A DNA stretch of 64,000 nt from an uncultured Gemmatimonadales bacterium (GCA_963716255.1 OY970303.1:672001-736000), one strand, 5' to 3'. Shown: positions 29,958-39,787, counted from the stretch's first letter. The notes: generated from the sequence alone by a model not told the origin. Numbers and translations are program-made.

Positions 29958-31957
29958 TCGCCGCCCCCCAGCAGCGTCATCGTGTCGCCGGTGGCGAGCA
30001 CGGTTCCCGCCGCCGGCGCGGTCCCCGCGACCCGGCCGCCGCCGCGCAGGCGCACGTGCAGCCCGAGGGCGTGGGCGCGGCGGGCGGCGTCGCGCAGGGG
30101 AAGCCCCGCGAGCGCGGGGACCGGCACCGCGCGGCGGGCGCCGACGGGACGCGCGGGAACCCCCTCGGCCAGGTTGAAGACGTAGGTGCCGCCGGACGCG
30201 GCGGGCGGCGGAGTGCGCCCGGCGGCGGCCGCGGTCGCCGCCGGCACGGCGTGGCGCGAAGCCACCAGCGACGCGCCGTCCAGCGAAGACGAGCGCGTGG
30301 CCAGGATGGCCTGCAGCATCTCGCGCGTGACCGGCGCGGCGATGGCGCCGCCGTAGTACTCGCCCTGCGGCCGGTTGAGCTTGACGTAGATGGCGAGCTG
30401 CGGGTCGCGCGCCGGGAAGAAGCCGGCGAAGGTGGCCGCGTAGCTCCCCGACTCGTAGCGGCCGGAGGCCCCGGTCAGCCGCGCCGTCCCCGTCTTCCCC
30501 GCCACGTCGAAGGTGGCGAGCGACGCCTTCGCCGCCGTCCCGTCCTCCACCACCGCCACCAGCACCTCGCGCAGCGCCTCGGTGACCCGGGCCGGCAGCA
30601 CGCGCCGCACCGCCCGCGGCTCCCACCTGCGCAGCGTCTCGCCGTCCGCGCCGCGGAGCTCGCGCACCAGGCGCGGCTCCATCAGCACCCCGCCGTTGGC
30701 GAGCGCGCCGTACGCCATCACCAGCTGCAGCGGGGTGACCGCCATCTCGTAGCCGATGGCCAGGCTCGCCGGCGTCAGCCGCGACCACCCGGCCGGGCGC
30801 CGCAGCCGCCCGCCGGCCTCGGACGGGTACTCCACGCCCGTGGGCGTCCCGAAACCGAAGTCGCGCAGGTAGCCGTACTGCTCCGCCGGGCGCAGCCGCG
30901 GCGACAGCTTTGCCATGGCGACGTTGCTGGACTCGCGCAGCGCCTCGCGCACCGTCACCGCGCCCATGGCGTGCACGTCGGTGAAGGAGCGGCCGTTGCC
31001 GTCGGTCCAGCGCCCGTTCTCCGCGAACACCGTCTCGTCCAGCGACACCCGCCCCTGCGCCAGCAGCGAGGCGACGAAGAAGGGCTTGATGGCGGACCCG
31101 GGCTCGTACGGCTCGGTGAAGCCGGCCAGCGTGCGCGCCCCGCCCGCCCGGCGCGACACCGCCGCCAGGATCTCCCCGGTGCGCGGGTCGGCCACCAGCA
31201 GGTCGCCGCCGTCCGACCCGGTGCGGCGCACCGCATCGCGAAGCGCGCCGTCCGCGATCTCCTGGAGGTCGAAGTCCAGGGTGAGGTACACGTCGCGCCC
31301 GTCGCGCGGCGGCGCCACCGGGAGCGACACGGTGGGCTCCTTGCGCCCGTGCGCGTCGCGGCGCATGAGGGCGTAGCCGTCCTCGCCGCTCAGCAGGTCG
31401 TCCCACTCCTGCTCCACCCCGCCCAGCGCCCGACCGTCCGCCGACACGAAGCCCAGCACCTCGCGCCCCACGTCGCCCTGCGGGTAGAAGCGCTCCAGCC
31501 TGCGCTCGGAGTGGACCCCGCGCACCCCCTCCAGCCGCCTGTGCTGCTCGGCCGTGAAGCGCCCGGGGAGCACCACCCAGCGGCGCCCGGGGTCGGTGGC
31601 GCGGCGGGCGGCGCCCTGCGACAGCCCAAGGGCGCCCCGCAGCGCGCGCACGGCCTCGTCGCGGTCGCGCAGTTCGCGCGGCGCCACCGAGATGCGGAAG
31701 GTCTCGTAGCTGAGCGCCAGCGGGGTGCCGTCGCGGTCGAAGATCCCGCCGCGGCGCGCCGGGACCGGGGTGCGCGACTGCTGCTGGTCCGCGGCCTCGG
31801 CGGCCCACTTCTCCCCCTCCAGCGCCTGGAGCTGGAAGGCGCGCCCCAGCACCGCCACCGCCGCGATCCCGAAGGAGGACACCAGGATCCAGCGGCGGAG
31901 CGCGAGCGCGTCCCCGCCCTCCCCGGCCCCGCGCCCCCGGCCCTTGCGCCCGCTCAT
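29954..31957 (-). CDS. ftsI: Class B PBP FtsI with C-terminal PASTA domain
   Basis: EPGSAIK (SxxK), SSN, KTG; dcw position. Confidence 0.94.
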   Translation of the reverse strand: MSGRKGRGRGAGEGGDALALRRWILVSSFGIAAVAVLGRAFQLQALEGEKWAAEAADQQQSRTPVPARRGGIFDRDGTPLALSYETFRISVAPRELRDRDEAVRALRGALGLSQGAARRATDPGRRWVVLPGRFTAEQHRRLEGVRGVHSERRLERFYPQGDVGREVLGFVSADGRALGGVEQEWDDLLSGEDGYALMRRDAHGRKEPTVSLPVAPPRDGRDVYLTLDFDLQEIADGALRDAVRRTGSDGGDLLVADPRTGEILAAVSRRAGGARTLAGFTEPYEPGSAIKPFFVASLLAQGRVSLDETVFAENGRWTDGNGRSFTDVHAMGAVTVREALRESSNVAMAKLSPRLRPAEQYGYLRDFGFGTPTGVEYPSEAGGRLRRPAGWSRLTPASLAIGYEMAVTPLQLVMAYGALANGGVLMEPRLVRELRGADGETLRRWEPRAVRRVLPARVTEALREVLVAVVEDGTAAKASLATFDVAGKTGTARLTGASGRYESGSYAATFAGFFPARDPQLAIYVKLNRPQGEYYGGAIAAPVTREMLQAILATRSSSLDGASLVASRHAVPAATAAAAGRTPPPAASGGTYVFNLAEGVPARPVGARRAVPVPALAGLPLRDAARRAHALGLHVRLRGGGRVAGTAPAAGTVLATGDTMTLLGGGE

Positions 31958-32334
31958 CGATCCCCCTCCTCGTCGACCATCGTGGCCGCCGCTTCCTCGC
32001 GCGGGAGCGGCACCAGCACCACCTCGCTGTCCGCGGGCAGGTGCATGCCCAGGCGCTCGCGCGCCACCCGCACCACCCGCGCGCGGCTCTGCAGCGACTG
32101 GATGCGCGTCTCCAGTTCCAGCCGCGCGGCCTCCGACACTGCCCGCTCCCCCTCCAGCTCGCGGATCTCGCGCTGCAGCGCCACGCCCGTGGTCTGGCGC
32201 CCCACCACCACGGCGAGCCCGCCCAGGAGCACCACCAGCAGCGCCGCCACCCGCAGGATGCCGCCGCCGCGGCGCTCCCCGCGGGGACGCCCGGGGATGG
32301 TCGCGCCCGAGGGCGTCCGCCGCATGGCGCTCAC
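31954..32334 (-). CDS. ftsL: Cell division protein FtsL
   Basis: Single TM + coiled coil + ARERLGM; lies between rsmH and ftsI; start 32334 or 32325. Confidence 0.85.
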   Translation of the reverse strand: MSAMRRTPSGATIPGRPRGERRGGGILRVAALLVVLLGGLAVVVGRQTTGVALQREIRELEGERAVSEAARLELETRIQSLQSRARVVRVARERLGMHLPADSEVVLVPLPREEAAATMVDEEGDR

Positions 32335-33266
32335 GCCTTCCTCCAGGCGCGCAGGCGGGCGCTGCGGGCCCGCGGGTTCGCCTCCACCTCGGCGGGGGAG
32401 GCGGACACCGGCTTGCGGGTCAGCGTCGTGCCCAGCGGCGCCCCCCGGCAGCTGCACACGGGCATGTGCGGCGGGCAGACGCAGGCCTGGCTCCAGTCGC
32501 GAAAGGCGTTCTTCACCACCCGGTCTTCCAGCGAATGGTAGGAAAGGACGGCCATCACCCCGCCCGGGGCGAGCGCCTCGCGGAAGCTGGGGAGCGCCGT
32601 CTCCAGCGCGTCGATCTCGCGGTTCACCGCGATGCGGAGCGCCTGGAAGATGCGGGCGCGGTCGCCCGCGTCGGAGCGCGGCCCCAGCGTCCGCCCGATC
32701 GCCTCCAGGAGCTGGTCGCTGGTGGCAAGGGGCTCGCGCTCACGCATCTCCACCAGGATGCGGGCCAGCTTGCGCGACCGCTTCTCCTCGCCGAAGCGGT
32801 AGAAGACGTTCGCCAGCTCCTGCTCGTCCGCGGCGTTGAGCAGGTCGGCGGCGCTTTCCTCGCCCCCCGCCCCGCCCGACATGCGCATGTCCAGCGGCGC
32901 CCCCGCGCGGAAGGTGAAGCCCCGCCCGTCCACGTCGATCTGGTGCGACGAGATCCCCAGGTCCAGCAGCACCCCGGCCAGCTCTCCCGCCCCGATCCCC
33001 GCAGCCTCCGCGGCGTCCGCGAAGTTGGCGCGCACCGCCCGGAAGCGGTCCCCGAAGCGGGCCAGCCGCGCCCCCGCCTCCGCCAGCGCGTCGGGATCGC
33101 GGTCCACGCCCACCAGGCGGGCCTCCGGGGCGCGCTCCAGCAGCGCCTCCGCGTGGCCGCCCCCGCCGAGGGTGCCGTCCAGGAAGAGGCCTCCGCGCTC
33201 GGGGCGCAGCTCCTCCAGCACCTCGCCCACCATGACGGGGACGTGGTACGAGGAAGCGTTCGGCAT
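32331..33266 (-). CDS. rsmH: 16S rRNA m4C1402 methyltransferase
   Basis: HVPVM, DGTLGGGGH, DLGISSHQ, SYHSLEDR, NPRARSARLR. Confidence 0.97.
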   Translation of the reverse strand: MPNASSYHVPVMVGEVLEELRPERGGLFLDGTLGGGGHAEALLERAPEARLVGVDRDPDALAEAGARLARFGDRFRAVRANFADAAEAAGIGAGELAGVLLDLGISSHQIDVDGRGFTFRAGAPLDMRMSGGAGGEESAADLLNAADEQELANVFYRFGEEKRSRKLARILVEMREREPLATSDQLLEAIGRTLGPRSDAGDRARIFQALRIAVNREIDALETALPSFREALAPGGVMAVLSYHSLEDRVVKNAFRDWSQACVCPPHMPVCSCRGAPLGTTLTRKPVSASPAEVEANPRARSARLRAWRKA

Positions 33267-33273
33267 CGAACGT

Positions 33274-33705
33274 TCAGGCAAAGATCTGTTGGGTGAAGCG
33301 GTCGAAGTCGTCCGAGCGGGCCGGCACGGCGGCGTGGAAGCGCTCGGGGTCCCACAGCTCGATCCGGTCAATGGCCCCGACCACCAGCGTGGCGCTCCGG
33401 ATCCCCACCGCCTCCTGGAGGCGCTGCGGGACGAGGATGCGCCCCTGCTTGTCGGGGGCGACCTCCACTGCGTTTGCGGTGACGCTGAGAACGTACGAAC
33501 GGGCCTGCGGCTGGAGCCTGAGCAGCTCGCGCAGGCGGCCCTCCACCTCCGCCCAGGCGGGCTCGGGGTAGAGAGTGAGGGCGTTCTCGAAGACGTGCAC
33601 CAGGACCAGGGGACGGTCCGGGTGGTCGCGGCGGAACGGCGCGGGGAGGTTGAGGCGCCCCTTGTCGTCGATCTGGTGCAGGTAGCTCCCGAGGAAACCG
33701 CTCAT
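33274..33705 (-). CDS. mraZ: Transcriptional repressor MraZ
   Basis: IDDKGRL and PDKQGRI repeats, IELWD. Confidence 0.96.
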   Translation of the reverse strand: MSGFLGSYLHQIDDKGRLNLPAPFRRDHPDRPLVLVHVFENALTLYPEPAWAEVEGRLRELLRLQPQARSYVLSVTANAVEVAPDKQGRILVPQRLQEAVGIRSATLVVGAIDRIELWDPERFHAAVPARSDDFDRFTQQIFA

Positions 33706-33752
33706 CCACACTCCTCGCTACGGACGCCAGGTCGACTCCACGGGCAGCTTAA

Positions 33753-33777
33753 CCCACAACCACCCACTTCTCCCCAC
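33753..33777 (-). promoter_or_regulatory. MraZ-binding repeats
   Basis: Three GTGGG direct repeats at 10-bp period upstream of mraZ (GTGGGgagaaGTGGGtggttGTGGG). Confidence 0.88.
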
Positions 33778-33786
33778 ACGGCTCCC

Positions 33787-33814
33787 AAGCTAACGGCTCC
33801 CGGGCCCAAGTCAA
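33787..33814 (-). promoter_or_regulatory. Putative dcw promoter
   Basis: TTGACT N16 TAGCTT immediately upstream of the MraZ repeats. Confidence 0.6.
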
Positions 33815-33914
33815 GAGCGCTCCGCTGCGTCGTGGACGCGCCCGCCGTGGCGCGCTTCCTGCTCGTGCCGCCTCGCAGCAGGGTCCTTCATCCGCATCTG
33901 CACCGAGGCGGTCC

Positions 33915-34826
33915 GTGAACATCTGCATGGTCATGAACTCCCCCTCGCCGGAGGCCACCGAAGAGCTCCGGGGGGCGGTGGAGACGCTGCGCGAGGCGGG
34001 GCACACGGTGACGCCGCGGCTCACCTTCGAGCGCGGCGACGGGCGCCGCTTCGCGCGCGAGGCGGCGGACGGGGGGTGCGACCTGGTGATCGCCGCCGGG
34101 GGCGACGGCACCATCCACGAGGTGGGGAACGGGATCCACGACTACCTGGCCGCGCGGGCGAACGTGGGGCAGCCCGCCGGCCCGGAGGACGCGCCCCGGC
34201 TGGGGATCGTGCCGCTGGGCACGGGCAACGACCTGGCCGGCGCCCTGGGCGTCCCCATCGACATCCACACCGCGGTGGCGGTCGCGGTGGTGGGCAACCC
34301 GGTCCCCGTGGACGTGGGGCTGCTCAACGGCGAGGCCTTCCTGAACGTGTCCACCGGCGGCATCGGCGCCGAAGCCACGGAGGAAACCTCGGACGACGTC
34401 AAGCGCGTCCTGGGCCCGGTGGCCTACTTCATCACCGGGGTTAAAAAGTTCGTGTCGCTGGAGGTGTCGTCCGCCCGCTTCAGCGACACGGAGACCATCC
34501 ACGACGGCCCCTTCCTGATCTTCGCCGTGGGCAACTCGCGCCGCACCGGGGGCGGCAACTGGCTCACCCCGCGCGCCGAGCTGAGCGACGGGCTGCTGGA
34601 CGTGGTCATCGTCCGGGAGATGCCCCGGCGCGACCTGCTGGCGATCCTCCCCGAGCTGCGCGCCGGCCGCCACCTGGAGCACCCGGCCGTCATCTACCGG
34701 CAGGTGAAGTCGCTGACGGTGGAGTCTTCCGAGGAGCTGAGCGTCAACGTGGACGGCGAGCCGCTGGGGGGGCGGACGCTCCGGTACGCGATCAGCCCAC
34801 ACCGGATCTGTCTTTCGCTGCCCTGA
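33915..34826 (+). CDS. YegS/DAGK family lipid kinase
   Basis: AGGDGTIHEV, PLGTGNDLA, NVDGE. Confidence 0.93.
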   Translation: MNICMVMNSPSPEATEELRGAVETLREAGHTVTPRLTFERGDGRRFAREAADGGCDLVIAAGGDGTIHEVGNGIHDYLAARANVGQPAGPEDAPRLGIVPLGTGNDLAGALGVPIDIHTAVAVAVVGNPVPVDVGLLNGEAFLNVSTGGIGAEATEETSDDVKRVLGPVAYFITGVKKFVSLEVSSARFSDTETIHDGPFLIFAVGNSRRTGGGNWLTPRAELSDGLLDVVIVREMPRRDLLAILPELRAGRHLEHPAVIYRQVKSLTVESSEELSVNVDGEPLGGRTLRYAISPHRICLSLP

Positions 34827-34850
34827 GCTGATCTTCGGCATCGTGGCGCG

Positions 34851-35051
34851 GGGCCGCTCCGGAGCCGGACGATACTGCCGTCCGTCTCCTGCGCGGGTCG
34901 CGGAGCCCCGGGAAACTGCCCCCGGGTCTCCGCTCCGGCTCCGTGAGCCTCGCGCAAACAGCCGCGCGAGTCTCCCTCCGCAACGGATCATGTGGGTACT
35001 GCGGAACTGCGAACGGCGCCCCCGCCCGGATCTCCCGGTGGGGGCGCCGTT
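34851..35051 (-). repeat. Structured repeat family A copy 2 (reverse orientation)
   Basis: Reverse complement has leading hairpin near-identical to 10388-10427, then three GAGAC-stem-GGCWGTWT-stem-GGCTC modules and CGGAGCGGCCC end. Confidence 0.9.
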
Positions 35052-35073
35052 TCGTGCTTCGTACCGTCGTTTC

Positions 35074-35283
35074 CTACATCATCGGCATTCCGCGCGGCCA
35101 GGGGCGCAGCAGCGCGATCCCCACCATCACGGCCAGCAGCACCACGAACAGCATCACCAGCGCGGTGAGGCACCCGGTGGGCCCGCACCCGCAGCCGCCG
35201 CCCGGCGGCCGGTGCTCGATGGTCCTGAACGGCTGGCTCTCGGCGCCTTCGCCGGCGGGGGGATCGGTCTCGGGGTGGCTCAT
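35074..35283 (-). CDS. Small single-TM protein with juxtamembrane GCGCG..GC motif
   Basis: MSHPETDPP...GGGCGCGPTGCLTALVMLFVVLLAVMVGIALLR; 69 aa. Confidence 0.65.
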   Translation of the reverse strand: MSHPETDPPAGEGAESQPFRTIEHRPPGGGCGCGPTGCLTALVMLFVVLLAVMVGIALLRPWPRGMPMM

Positions 35284-35375
35284 CGCGCGCTGCCTGGCTC
35301 CGGGTAGTCCCGCGCCGGACCCGCGCGCGGAAAGCAAGCCGCGAAGCTAGCCGTCCCCCGCTCCCCGCGCGAGAG

Positions 35376-35506
35376 CCCGCGTGAGGGATTCCGGCCCGAA
35401 GGGGCGAGACCCGGCGGCTGTTTGCCGGGGCTCGACTCCGTTGAGCAGCGTTGTTTGCTGCTCTACGGAGCCGAAGCCCGACCCCGGCGCAGCCGGGGGC
35501 ACGCCC
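35376..35506 (+). repeat. Structured repeat family B copy 2
   Basis: CCCGCGTGAGGGATT...GGGGGCACGCCC. Confidence 0.93.
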
Positions 35507-35536
35507 ACATCCGCCGTCACCGTATCCGTACGCCGT

Positions 35537-36478
35537 TCAAGACTTCTCGTTGGAAACGGACGTCTTCGCACTCGTGATGAACGCGACCGCGACGACGATG
35601 ACGGCCGCCGCCGCCAGCGTGCGCGCGGTCACCGCCTCGCCGGCGAGGAGCCACCCCAGGAACACCGCGACCACCGGGTTCACGTAGGCGTAGGTGGACA
35701 CCTTCGCCACCTCCACGTGCTTGAGCAGCCACACGTACGCGGTGAACCCCAGCCCGGACCCGAACACGACCAGGTACGCCAGCGCCAGCAGGCTCCTGCC
35801 GCTGACCGCCCCGGGGTCCAGCCTCCCCCACTCCCCCACCGCCGACCCCACCAGCACCAGCAGCGCCCCGCCCGCCAGCATCTCCATCCCCGTGGCCTGG
35901 AGCGGAGACTCCGGGAGCGCCGCCCGACGGGAGTACACCGAGCCCACGGCCCACAGGATGGACGCCAGCACCAGCGCCGCCGCGCCCACGCCGTCCGCCG
36001 CGCCGCCCCCCAGCAGCTCCGCGGGCCCCACCAGGATCCCCAGCCCCAGGAACCCGGTGGCGATCCCCGCCCAGGTGCGCCACCCGGGACGCACGCCCCC
36101 GCTGCGCCACCACTCCAGCAGCACCATCCACAGCGGCACGGTGGCCACCAGCAGCGCCGCCAGCCCGGAGGGGACGCGCTGCTCCGCCCAGGCCACGCCC
36201 CCGTTGCCCCCCACCAGGAGGAATGCGCCCACCACGGCGGTCTCCCGCCAGTGGAGCCGCGTGGGGCGGGGCGCGCCGCCGGCCCGCGTCCACGCGTACA
36301 GCGCCGCGCCCGACGCCAGGAAGCGAGCGCCCGCCATGAGGAAGGGCGGCAGCGTCTCGATGGCGAAGCGGATCGCCAGGTAGGTGGAGCCCCACACCAC
36401 GTACACCGCCGCGAAGGCCGCCAGAACCTGCGCCCGCGACACCGCTCCCGACCCGCTCGCCCGCTGCGGCACGCCCAT
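35537..36478 (-). CDS. EamA/DMT family transporter (YedA-like)
   Basis: VYVVWGSTY, VPSGLAAL, STYAYVNPVVAV; about 10 TMs. Confidence 0.93.
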   Translation of the reverse strand: MGVPQRASGSGAVSRAQVLAAFAAVYVVWGSTYLAIRFAIETLPPFLMAGARFLASGAALYAWTRAGGAPRPTRLHWRETAVVGAFLLVGGNGGVAWAEQRVPSGLAALLVATVPLWMVLLEWWRSGGVRPGWRTWAGIATGFLGLGILVGPAELLGGGAADGVGAAALVLASILWAVGSVYSRRAALPESPLQATGMEMLAGGALLVLVGSAVGEWGRLDPGAVSGRSLLALAYLVVFGSGLGFTAYVWLLKHVEVAKVSTYAYVNPVVAVFLGWLLAGEAVTARTLAAAAVIVVAVAFITSAKTSVSNEKS

Positions 36479-36537
36479 CCCCCCGTTCGCCGGTTCACCG
36501 GGCGCCGCCCGGACCGGCCGGGAGGCGCGACGGGGGC

Positions 36538-36584
36538 AAAGATAACGGGGGCGCCCCGGGGATCGGGATCCCCGGGGCGCCCCC
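36538..36584 (-). terminator. Long GC hairpin, likely terminator
   Basis: 18-bp perfect inverted repeat GGGGGCGCCCCGGGGATC/GATCCCCGGGGCGCCCCC; on the minus strand followed by GTTATCTTT. Confidence 0.65.
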
Positions 36585-36611
36585 TCCGACTCCGCAGGTG
36601 CCGCGAACGGC

Positions 36612-37769
36612 TCAGCGCACCGTCACCAGCTTGCCGCCGCGCACCACTCCCATGGCGACCTCCTTGCCGGGGACGTCGCCGTTGCGGTCGAAGGCGATGC
36701 GGCCAGACACGCCCTCGTACGGGGCCACCCCCGAGCCCTCGACCCCCACCTTGGCAAGGTAGTCGCGGATCGCGCGGCGGTCGGTGCCCACCTCGCGGAC
36801 CGCCTGCGCGACCAGCTTGATGGCGTCGTACGTCATGGCGCCGCGGTGGTCGGGGTCCTCGTTGTAGCGCTGCCGGTACGCCCGCACGAACGCCTGCGCC
36901 GCCTCGGAGGCGCGGTCGGGGAGGAAGGCGGAGCTGACGTAGATCCCCTCGGCGTCCGCCCCGGCGTCCTTGACCCCGGTCATGCCGTCGGCGCCCACCA
37001 CCGGGCCGGTGAACCCGAGCCGGCGGGCCTCGCGCACCACCTTGATGCCGGCGTCCGCCTGGCCGGCGATCACCAGCGCGTCCATGCCGGAGCGCAGGGC
37101 GCGCTGCAGGTACGGGTCCACCCCGGCGGCGTCCTCCACCGTCGCGGGGAGGTAGGGGTCCTGCGCCACCACGCTCCCGCCGGCGGTGCGGAACGCGTCG
37201 GCGAAGGTCGCGGCCACGCCGCGCCCATACTCGTCGTTGGTGTAGAGCACCGCGGCGCGGCGCTTCCCCAGCCGCGAGTAGGCGTGCTGCGCCACCACCG
37301 GGCCGTGCCGCAGGTCGCTGGGGCACACCCGGAACGTCCAGTCGCCGGCCGCGGTCACCAGCGGGCTGCTGGACGCGGGGGAGATCTGCGCCACCGGCGA
37401 GCTGTCGTGGGCGCCCTCCTCCTCGTTGTAGATCTTGGCCGCCGCCAGCGTCGCCGCGGAGTTCAGGTGCCCGATCACGGCCACCACCGCCGTGCTGTCG
37501 CGCAGGAAGCCGGCGACGGGGATCGCCTTCTCCTTGTTCCCCTCGTCGTCCCTGAGCTCCAGCTTCAGCTTGCGGCCGTCGAAGTCGGCGCCCTCGTTGA
37601 GCTCCTCGACCGCCATCTCGGCGGCGAGCTTCATGGACCGTCCGTTGGCGAGGCTGAGCGGGCCGGCGACGCCGATGGCGATGGGCTCCGAGGACGCGGC
37701 GTCGCACCCGGCCAGGAGGACGAGCGGGAGCGCGATCCACCGGGGGATCGGGCGAAGGCGTGGTGTCAT
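36612..37769 (-). CDS. Branched-chain amino-acid-type ABC substrate-binding lipoprotein (LivJ/K family)
   Basis: LLAGC lipobox; IGVAGPLS, GHLNS, FRVCPSD, YEGVSGRIAFDRNGD. Confidence 0.92.
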   Translation of the reverse strand: MTPRLRPIPRWIALPLVLLAGCDAASSEPIAIGVAGPLSLANGRSMKLAAEMAVEELNEGADFDGRKLKLELRDDEGNKEKAIPVAGFLRDSTAVVAVIGHLNSAATLAAAKIYNEEEGAHDSSPVAQISPASSSPLVTAAGDWTFRVCPSDLRHGPVVAQHAYSRLGKRRAAVLYTNDEYGRGVAATFADAFRTAGGSVVAQDPYLPATVEDAAGVDPYLQRALRSGMDALVIAGQADAGIKVVREARRLGFTGPVVGADGMTGVKDAGADAEGIYVSSAFLPDRASEAAQAFVRAYRQRYNEDPDHRGAMTYDAIKLVAQAVREVGTDRRAIRDYLAKVGVEGSGVAPYEGVSGRIAFDRNGDVPGKEVAMGVVRGGKLVTVR

Positions 37770-37861
37770 GCGTTCTCCGGTGTGGTGCACGGGCCGCGCG
37801 GCGCGGGCCCTGGAAACGGGGGCGGAACGGAACGGGGATGTGCCTGCGGAAGCGGGCGGCG

Positions 37862-38251
37862 TCAGCCGCGGTCGGGGTCCACCTCGCGGACCAGGTCGTC
37901 GAGCCAGGGCGGCGGCGGCCCCTCGGCGTCGTACGCGGCGCGGACCTCCCTCACCAGGCGGCGCACCACGCCCCGGCGCCGGGCCAGGGAAAGCTCGCCC
38001 ACCAGCACCCCCAGCGCGGCGGAGGCCACCTCGGCGCTCATCTCCACGTCGCCGCGGGATGCCTCGCAGACGTACCAGCGCTCCAGCTTCTGGCGGGTGG
38101 GGAGGTAGGGAACCGAGCCGTCCACGAACTTCTGCAGCCCGCTGGGGCTCATCCCCACCTCACGGGCGACGCCGCGGAGCGAAACGCTCGCCATGCGGGC
38201 CATGATCACCGCGCGGAGCTGGTCGAGGGGAACGCCGCTACGCACGGACAT
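37862..38251 (-). CDS. Small helix-turn-helix protein (Cro/XRE-like)
   Basis: SLRGVAREVGMSPSGLQKFVDG HTH pattern. Confidence 0.7.
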   Translation of the reverse strand: MSVRSGVPLDQLRAVIMARMASVSLRGVAREVGMSPSGLQKFVDGSVPYLPTRQKLERWYVCEASRGDVEMSAEVASAALGVLVGELSLARRRGVVRRLVREVRAAYDAEGPPPPWLDDLVREVDPDRG

Positions 38252-38515
38252 TGACTGGCCCGGAGCCTCGCGCTATCTTGGGTTGTCCACTCTGTCCACT
38301 TTCGGCGGGATTACACTATCAGTTTAAGGAACAGGGGGCGTCCGGGCAAGGAGCCGCTCGCCCGGACGGCCCCGTGGCGCGGCATGGCGGAGAGATCAGT
38401 TTCGTCCATTCTATTGCATTCGTGGACAGAGTAGCACAAATTGACGTTTAGCATTCGGACGGTCGCCCCGGTCAGCGGCCCCGCCCTGCAACGAACCAGA
38501 CCCGGAGGAACGCCC

Positions 38516-39787
38516 ATGAAGGTCAAGCTCGGCGCAAAAGAGTCGGTGCGGCCCCGCCGGGCGGGGCGCAGGTCTCCACCTCCTCCGGCCATCCTGCATG
38601 GCCCGGACGAGACGCTCGACGGCGTCTTCATCCTGGACGAGATGCGCAACGGGATCGGCGTGCTGCTCTGGCAGTCGCTGCACGACGTCATCCTGTGGGC
38701 GTCGGTCGCGCCCGGGGAGCGCCGCGGGCTGTTCCGGCCGGAGTCGGTGAGGCGGCGGATGGAGGCGCTGGTGGCGCAGGGCGCGGACCCGGTGCTGGAA
38801 ACGGCGCTCACCTCGCTGGCGGCGCTCTCGACCGACCCGGACACGGCGCGCCCGGAGGCGGTGGGCTCCATCTGCCTGCAGATCGCGCGCTGGGCGGACG
38901 CGCACGGCTCGGCGGCGACGGCGCTCGCCTTCGCGCAGGGGGCGGCCATGGCCTCTCCGTGCGACGCCTCGGCGGGGCTGCTGGCCGGGTCGCTGGCGCG
39001 CAAGCTGGGCGAGCGGGCCCGGGCCGAGACCTGGCTGCGCCGCACCATCGTGCTGGGACGCCGCAACGGTGACCGCTGCTCGCTCTTCCAGGCGTGCCTC
39101 GCGCTCGGGGAGATGCAGGCGGAGCGCGCCGCGGTGGAGGCGCAGCGCGGCAACGTGGAGGCGGCGCGGGCCGACGTGGAGGCCGCGCGCGGCCTCTTCC
39201 TGCGGGCGTTCCGCGGAGCGCGGCGCAGCGGCTTCCGCGAGATCAAGGCGCAGGCGCTGCACGGGCTCTTCCGGCTGGCGGCGCAGGGCGGGCGCACGGA
39301 CGAGGCGGACGTCTACGCCCGCTCCACGCTCCATGCCTACGGCCGCAGGCACCCGCGCGTGCCGCAGGTGGCCCGCGACATCGGCACCTTCTGGCTGGAG
39401 CGCGGCAAGTACACGGAGGCGCTGGCCGCCCTGCGGCTCCTCCTCCCCTACGCCCGGCGCCCCGCGGAGCGGGTGGAGGCGCTGGCCGCCGTGGCCCGTG
39501 CGGCCGCGGGCGCCCGCAACGAGCAGGCCTTCGACGACGCGGCCGACGAGGCGCTCCAGCTCCTCCGCCGCACCCCGCCCGAGGAGATGAAGAGCAGTCC
39601 GCTGCTGGAGCTGGCCCGCGGCGCCGCCGAGATGGAGCGCTGGGAGAGCGCCGAGCGCGTCGCGCAGCTCGCCCTGGACACCGCCGTGCGCCACGGCGAG
39701 GACCAGGTCTCCAGCGGCGCCGAGGCCCTCCTCACCGCCGTCTGGACGCACGGCGGCGGAATGCGCCTGCAGCCCGCGCTCATGTAG
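38516..39787 (+). CDS. All-helical TPR-like repeat protein
   Basis: GGAGG RBS then ATG 38516; TPR-like motifs (LALGEM, DIGTFWLERGKYTEALAAL, ERWESAERVAQLAL). Confidence 0.8.
   Translation: MKVKLGAKESVRPRRAGRRSPPPPAILHGPDETLDGVFILDEMRNGIGVLLWQSLHDVILWASVAPGERRGLFRPESVRRRMEALVAQGADPVLETALTSLAALSTDPDTARPEAVGSICLQIARWADAHGSAATALAFAQGAAMASPCDASAGLLAGSLARKLGERARAETWLRRTIVLGRRNGDRCSLFQACLALGEMQAERAAVEAQRGNVEAARADVEAARGLFLRAFRGARRSGFREIKAQALHGLFRLAAQGGRTDEADVYARSTLHAYGRRHPRVPQVARDIGTFWLERGKYTEALAALRLLLPYARRPAERVEALAAVARAAAGARNEQAFDDAADEALQLLRRTPPEEMKSSPLLELARGAAEMERWESAERVAQLALDTAVRHGEDQVSSGAEALLTAVWTHGGGMRLQPALM

Noticed and set aside
35381..36820. Recurrent ORFs starting MRD(S/F)GPKGRD (35381, 39888, 44804)
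   Set aside because: These are translations of the family B repeat; they diverge in frame and length and overlap real genes antisense.
38283..38300. TTGTCCAC boxes as DnaA boxes / oriC
   Set aside because: Imperfect match to TTATCCACA, few copies, no unwinding element and no origin-associated genes nearby.
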